A stretch of 64,000 nt of DNA, from the NCBI GenBank assembly GCA_963702375.1, contig CAVPCI010000005.1:134858-198857 (forward strand), written 5' to 3'. This document shows positions 59,535-64,000 of the stretch, one piece after another. Both the position numbers and the translations under genes were made by a program. The notes beneath the pieces were generated by a model, which was not told the origin of the DNA, did not search any database, and was given only the letters and a program-made list of their open reading frames with translations. Position 1 is the stretch's first letter, and each line of letters opens with the position of its first letter. Source of the stretch: an uncultured Acidobacteriota bacterium. Its GTDB lineage: Bacteria; Acidobacteriota; Terriglobia; Acidiferrales; UBA7541.

Positions 59535-60602
59535 TCACCGGGCGCTGGAAGCTTGCGCCGTGGCGGCCGGGATGTGAAAGATGCGCTCGGCATTACCGTG
59601 GTAGAGCTTTTCCCTTTCGGCCTGCGAAACCGGCGCGGAATCCATGAACTGAACGGCCGGCGCGGACGGCTGATACGGGTAGTCAATTGCCCATAGGACG
59701 TTGTCGATGCCCAGCGCTTTGATCGAGAAATCGAGCGCCAGGTGCGACTCCTGCCCGCTCGTGGTGATCACGAAATTGCGCTTGAAGTATTCGCTGGGCG
59801 TGAGCTGCGTCTTTGGCGCGCTGCCGCGATTCTGGGCGTTCTTGTTCATGTAATCGAGACGCCAGAGCCAGAAATGCACGGCTTCTCCCATGTGACCGAT
59901 GCAGATTTTGAGTTTGGGGAAGCGGTCGAACACTCCGCTCACCATCATGCGCACGGCGTGCGTGGAAACTTCAATGCCGTAGGCCCACTGCGCGCTATCG
60001 AGGCCATAATCACGAAAAGGCGCCGCCATGCCGTCCGATGGCGCACGCGGGTGGATATAAATGCAGCCGTCGAGCGCCTCAGCCGCTTCCAGGATGGGGA
60101 AAAACTTTGGATCGTCGAAGTAATCGTTATTGGTGTGCGAGTTCACGATGAAACCATTCAGCTTGAGCGTCTTGATGGCCCGTTCCATTTCTTTCGCCGC
60201 GCGCTTGGGTGAGTGCGGAGCGAACGTTGCGAGCCCGGCAAAACGCGTGGGATGTTTTTGGACGACCGCAGCGAGACGGTCGTTGGCGAGCGCGGCCAAT
60301 TCCGTGGCGGTGTCGGCGTCAAACATTTGGACGCCTGGCGCGGTGAGGGAGAGCAAGTGCATCGCGACGCCGTTCTGGTCCATGTCGCGCAGGCGCTCTT
60401 CCTCCAGATCGAGCAGGCGAGGAAGAAGAGCCGCCATTTGCGGGTGGTCGTCCTTCGGCGCATCGTAGATTCTCTTCACTAGCGTAAGATCCAAACTATT
60501 TCCGGGAGCGCGGGCAACGCCGCGCAGAGCCGCCGCCACCTCGGGAATCGAAAAAGCTTCTTCCGTGGCAATGCGGCGTGGAGACTTCAAATCAGCAGCC
60601 AT
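59535..60602 (-). CDS. amidohydrolase_2 family protein (ACMSD/LigW-type decarboxylase or hydratase)
   Basis: I prefer the ATG at 60602 with AAAGGA upstream. RIATEEAF, HPRAP, IGHMGE and IDYPY. Confidence 0.6.
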   Translation of the reverse strand: MAADLKSPRRIATEEAFSIPEVAAALRGVARAPGNSLDLTLVKRIYDAPKDDHPQMAALLPRLLDLEEERLRDMDQNGVAMHLLSLTAPGVQMFDADTATELAALANDRLAAVVQKHPTRFAGLATFAPHSPKRAAKEMERAIKTLKLNGFIVNSHTNNDYFDDPKFFPILEAAEALDGCIYIHPRAPSDGMAAPFRDYGLDSAQWAYGIEVSTHAVRMMVSGVFDRFPKLKICIGHMGEAVHFWLWRLDYMNKNAQNRGSAPKTQLTPSEYFKRNFVITTSGQESHLALDFSIKALGIDNVLWAIDYPYQPSAPAVQFMDSAPVSQAEREKLYHGNAERIFHIPAATAQASSAR

Positions 60603-60787
60603 GAGGGTTTTTCCTTTCTGCGAAACTATGTTTGCTGTGTCGCGGGTTGGTAGCTTGGCGCGTCCCTTGCGAAAATGCAAGCGCGAGCTGGCGGGTTTAC
60701 GGCAACAGAGCTAGCGAAAAATGCGGAAACAGGTTACAACGTCCCGGGTGGCATGGGTTCCTGATGAATCGGAGAAGGAGGGACATC

Positions 60788-61414
60788 ATGAATTGGCAAT
60801 GGGGTGTCAAGAGAGTAGGCGCGCTTGCCGCAGTGGCGGTTGTAGTTGTAGCCATCGGGGGAACGACTGGCAGCGCATTTGGCCAGGCCAAAAACGCGGA
60901 GTCGGCGGCCATGCGCATGCAGCAGATTGAGGACCGTCAAGCGATCGAGCAGCTACTGATGGGCGACTATCCGAGGGCGCTTGACTCGGCGAATTGGAAG
61001 GCTTACAGCGCGCTCTTCGCGCAGGACGGCACGCTCATCATGCAAGGCGGAGCCATCAAGCGCACCGGGCCTGCCGCAATCGAGGAATTTTTCACCAAGA
61101 TGCCCGCATTCGGAGGCCAAGCCGCGTCGACGACTCCGTCGCCGTGTCCGGTTCCACCTGGAACGCCGAGGACCATGCATGTGGTGACGAATTTGAGCGT
61201 CCACATCGATGGCGACACAGCGACGGATCAGGCTTACTGGCAAACGATCGCGACCCGGGATTGCAAGTCCGTCGTCGCCGGCTCCGGGCATTACGAGGAC
61301 ACGTTGAAGCGCGAGGACGGCAAATGGAAATTCGCCACTCGCGAAATTTTCGACGACCTGCCGCCCAAAACCACTTCTGCTGCGGCTGGGACAGCGGCCG
61401 CGCCAAAGCCCTAG
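60788..61414 (+). CDS. secreted SnoaL/NTF2-like fold protein
   Basis: I prefer the ATG at 60788 with GGAGAAGGAGG upstream. Signal peptide, then IEDRQAIEQLLMGDYPRALDSANWKAYSALFAQDG. Confidence 0.5.
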   Translation: MNWQWGVKRVGALAAVAVVVVAIGGTTGSAFGQAKNAESAAMRMQQIEDRQAIEQLLMGDYPRALDSANWKAYSALFAQDGTLIMQGGAIKRTGPAAIEEFFTKMPAFGGQAASTTPSPCPVPPGTPRTMHVVTNLSVHIDGDTATDQAYWQTIATRDCKSVVAGSGHYEDTLKREDGKWKFATREIFDDLPPKTTSAAAGTAAAPKP

Positions 61415-61423
61415 CGCATTCGG

Positions 61424-62242
61424 ATGCCTGACATCCAGATCAACGGTTACGTCACCCACTACGAGGACGACGATTTCACCGATCCGTGGAGACCGCGGCA
61501 AACAATCGTCATCCAGCACGGCTTCGGGCGCAACTCGCAGTTCTGGCGGCGCTGGGTGCCGATGGTGGCGGGCGACTATCGGGTGATTCGTCGCGATTTG
61601 CGTGGCCACGGCGGATCGGGCGATCCGGGGCCCAGCTATCCGTGGTCGTTTGATGGGCTCGTGCGCGACCTCGGCAGCTTCTGCGACGCCCTGCAGCTTG
61701 AGGATGTCCATCTGCTCGGCGAATCAACGGGCGGGATGCTGGCCGTGGGATTCGCGGCGACGCATCCGGCACGGCTCCGCTCGCTGACGCTCTGCGCTAC
61801 GCCTAAGACGATTGGTCCCGCGGCGCAAAAGTTATTCTCGTTCGGCCGCGAATCGTGGCAGAAAGCGTTGCTGGAAATGGGATCGGAGGGCTGGGCGCGA
61901 GAGCTGCTGTCGCGTCCCGGAACATTCCCAAGCTCCGATCCCGCGCAAATCGAGTGGGCCATCCATCAATTCGGTAGAGCGTCCGCGACTTCACTTGCCG
62001 GCTACAGCACCGTGATTTCGACAACGAATATCACGCCACTGCTCCCACAGGTAAAAGTCCCCGCACTGATTCTCGCGCCGACTCGAAGCGCCGCAACCTC
62101 GATCGACGAACAGGAAAGCATCGCTGCGGCCCTGCCTCAATCGGAACTCGTGCAAATCGATGGCGCAGGCCACGAAATCTACATCGATCGCGCGAACGAG
62201 TGCGTCGCGGCATTGCGAGGCTTCCTGGCAGGATTGCGGTAA
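61424..62242 (+). CDS. alpha/beta-fold hydrolase
   Basis: 272 aa with VIQHGFGRNS and nucleophile elbow GESTGG. The C-terminal GHEIYID holds the His. Confidence 0.75.
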   Translation: MPDIQINGYVTHYEDDDFTDPWRPRQTIVIQHGFGRNSQFWRRWVPMVAGDYRVIRRDLRGHGGSGDPGPSYPWSFDGLVRDLGSFCDALQLEDVHLLGESTGGMLAVGFAATHPARLRSLTLCATPKTIGPAAQKLFSFGRESWQKALLEMGSEGWARELLSRPGTFPSSDPAQIEWAIHQFGRASATSLAGYSTVISTTNITPLLPQVKVPALILAPTRSAATSIDEQESIAAALPQSELVQIDGAGHEIYIDRANECVAALRGFLAGLR

Positions 62243-62325
62243 AGCGCTGGCGAACAAGAACAACGGCCGAATCGCCTCGCAGCAAGGGAATCCTGTTGGT
62301 TTCATCGGGAACTGATTCCCACTCG

Positions 62326-63156
62326 TCACGTCATGTGGAAATTCACTCGCACCTCCAACTGCACGGCGGTGGGCTGGCCATCGAGAATCGTCGGCGCGTA
62401 TTTTCGCTCCGCTACGGCCTTCATCGCTGCTTCTAATAGCAGGGCCGGGCCGCTAATCGCGTGAACCTGAACGACGTCGCCGCGCGCGTCTATGATTGCC
62501 TCTATTAAAACTGTGCCGGACACATGGGCCTGCCACGCAATTTGGGGGTAAACGGCCGGGGGCCCGTAAAGCAACTGTGGCTGTTTCATGTCGCCGCTGA
62601 TGCGAATGGGTCCCTTGGGCTTCTCAGCGACAGGCGCGGGAGGCGGGGGCGCGGGGCCAGTGAGGGAACCACCCAGAACATCACCTGTGCCGCCCGGCAC
62701 GCCGCCGGTCATTCCGGCGAGCGTCGGAGCCACGGGAGCATCCGGGCTCGTGACGGCAATTTTTCGCGGAATCACCATGGGCGCGGAGATCTGCGCGTGG
62801 ATAACGGGCTGTCGTGGTATCGTCTGCGCGACGTGCGCCGCAGGCGGAGGCGGAGCAGCGGGCGGTGGGGGCGCTACGAGAAGTGTTTTGTCGAAGCTCG
62901 CGAGGTCGATGCCCTGCGAAAAGAACAGCGGCACAAGGAGGAGCGCAACTACGATCGCGGCTTGGGCGGCGAGCGCCGCTCCGGTATGCAGCGCGCGCTT
63001 GCTGCGATCGCGGGAGCCAGCCTCGAGAATAGCGTTCGCGAAGACCGGGCCTCGTCGGGAGATAGCCGGCGGTGAAGGCTCGTACGCCCGCTGCGCCCTT
63101 GCGCCGGTATGAAAATTCTGCTGTTGAAGAGCACTGCTGCCGTCGGTGAGTGACAT
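62326..63156 (-). CDS. TonB-family energy transducer
   Basis: 276 aa: TM anchor, Pro-rich PPPPAAPPPPAA spacer, and a C-terminal TonB domain (YPQIAWQAHVSGTVLIEAIIDARGDV). Confidence 0.8.
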   Translation of the reverse strand: MSLTDGSSALQQQNFHTGARAQRAYEPSPPAISRRGPVFANAILEAGSRDRSKRALHTGAALAAQAAIVVALLLVPLFFSQGIDLASFDKTLLVAPPPPAAPPPPAAHVAQTIPRQPVIHAQISAPMVIPRKIAVTSPDAPVAPTLAGMTGGVPGGTGDVLGGSLTGPAPPPPAPVAEKPKGPIRISGDMKQPQLLYGPPAVYPQIAWQAHVSGTVLIEAIIDARGDVVQVHAISGPALLLEAAMKAVAERKYAPTILDGQPTAVQLEVRVNFHMT

Positions 63157-63572
63157 TGGTCATCTCCTTTTTTCTCCGCCGGAACGCGGCGGGCCACGGG
63201 GCATCCGCAGGATTCTCTTGCGAAATCCGGCGTCCGCCCACACTACGACCGCTGCAAGACAGCGGTGGAAAATCCCGTCTCCACGTGGAAAAGCAGATGA
63301 AGCTAGCCAGCTACACCAGGAACTCTCAAACAGTTTGAAGATTCAACGTGGAAAACACAAACTCAAATATCGGATGGAAACAATTGAAGATGATGATTTC
63401 GTTTGGCACGCCTGCGGGAATCGGCTGGCCTATGGTCTCGCCGACGACGAACGGAATCCCGAATAGGCTTTTCAGTGCGCTGGTGCTGCATTGCTTTCCA
63501 TGCGGCCGACGTGCGCCAACCGCTTGGAATCCATCGCGCGGGTTTTGCTAACATAGGGCACGGCTGTACCGG

Positions 63573-64000
63573 ATGAAGGGTAAAATTAAACTCGGAGTGG
63601 TGATACTTATCGCGGTGGTCGTGATTGCGGCTGCCGGTGTGACCTGGGGTGTGCTGCATCGTATCAACAAACCCATATCACTGATGGGCTCCATCGTTAA
63701 GGAAGATACCGATCCTCGCAAACAATCTCCAATAACGGATGTGAAGGTGAGCGTGGCGGGCAATCTGGCGCTTGCCAGCGTCCGATCGGACTTTTCGGGC
63801 TACTTCAAACTGGAACTGCGCCCTCGGCTCAAACGCGGCCAGCCAATCACCCTTCAATTTCGTCATAAGGATTACAAACCGCTGGATCTCCAGACCACGC
63901 TAGACCATAAGCTCTATGTGATTCGCATGGTCGCGCTCCACCAGGAATCCGCCGCGCCTTCCAATCGCCCGCTCATTCCTCTCTCCAACGTGTTCGTTCG
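63573..64000 (+). CDS. hypothetical membrane-anchored protein, 3' end outside the window
   Basis: Hand-translated from the ATG at 63573: MKGKIKLGVVILIAVVVIAAAGV...VKVSVAGNLALASVRSDFSGYFKLEL. The frame is open to the window end. It is absent from the track because no stop is reached. Confidence 0.45.
   Translation, partial: MKGKIKLGVVILIAVVVIAAAGVTWGVLHRINKPISLMGSIVKEDTDPRKQSPITDVKVSVAGNLALASVRSDFSGYFKLELRPRLKRGQPITLQFRHKDYKPLDLQTTLDHKLYVIRMVALHQESAAPSNRPLIPLSNVFV

Noticed and set aside
1-64000. Scan for CRISPR arrays, IS elements or transposases, integrases, rRNA, prophage genes, and toxin-antitoxin or known defence-system genes
   Set aside because: I found no regularly spaced direct repeats and no transposase, integrase or recombinase motifs in any ORF. 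No long inverted terminal repeats were noticed. Only the short repeats listed under features were seen.

Overview
No tools were used, so every family call rests on motifs I recognise by eye and nothing was searched or computed. The window looks like chromosomal DNA from a Gram-negative soil bacterium. The protein architectures remind me of Acidobacteriota, but that is an impression only.

Bases ~700-50,050 are almost entirely minus-strand polysaccharide genes forming two back-to-back loci.

- **Locus I (~716-25,082).** It is headed by a PilZ gene. It then carries a PEP-CTERM-type export and regulation set: a small Wza-like exporter, an ExeA-like AAA ATPase, a BY-kinase-like protein with a degenerate active site, a NusG paralog, an initiating phosphoglycosyl transferase and a chain-length determinant. 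Glycosyltransferases, Wzx, Wzy, acyltransferases and an AlgD-like dehydrogenase follow.
- **Frameshifts in locus I.** Seven locus I genes are broken by single-base frameshifts, at least 16 shifts in total. The interleaved neighbours and everything I could read in locus II look intact.
- **Locus II (26,703-50,051).** This is an apparently intact Wzx/Wzy-type locus with two different GDP-mannose 4,6-dehydratases, an NDP-hexose C-methyltransferase and three further methyltransferases.
- **Locus II export module.** This is my best candidate for something undescribed. It combines a kinase-less PCP, a PAP2-phosphatase::Wzi-like fusion and a 1212-aa multi-SLBB Wza-family protein with a Q/N/G/P-rich low-complexity insert.
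- **50.3-64 kb.** Ordinary core genes: saccharopine-dehydrogenase-family protein, efp, purB, PilZ plus orphan receiver, tRNA-Leu(CAG), DUF72, a small Rieske/amidohydrolase/SnoaL/hydrolase group, and TonB.

I recognised no CRISPR array, transposase, integrase, rRNA, exosortase or PEP-CTERM substrate. Many long antisense ORFs in the track look like GC-driven artefacts.
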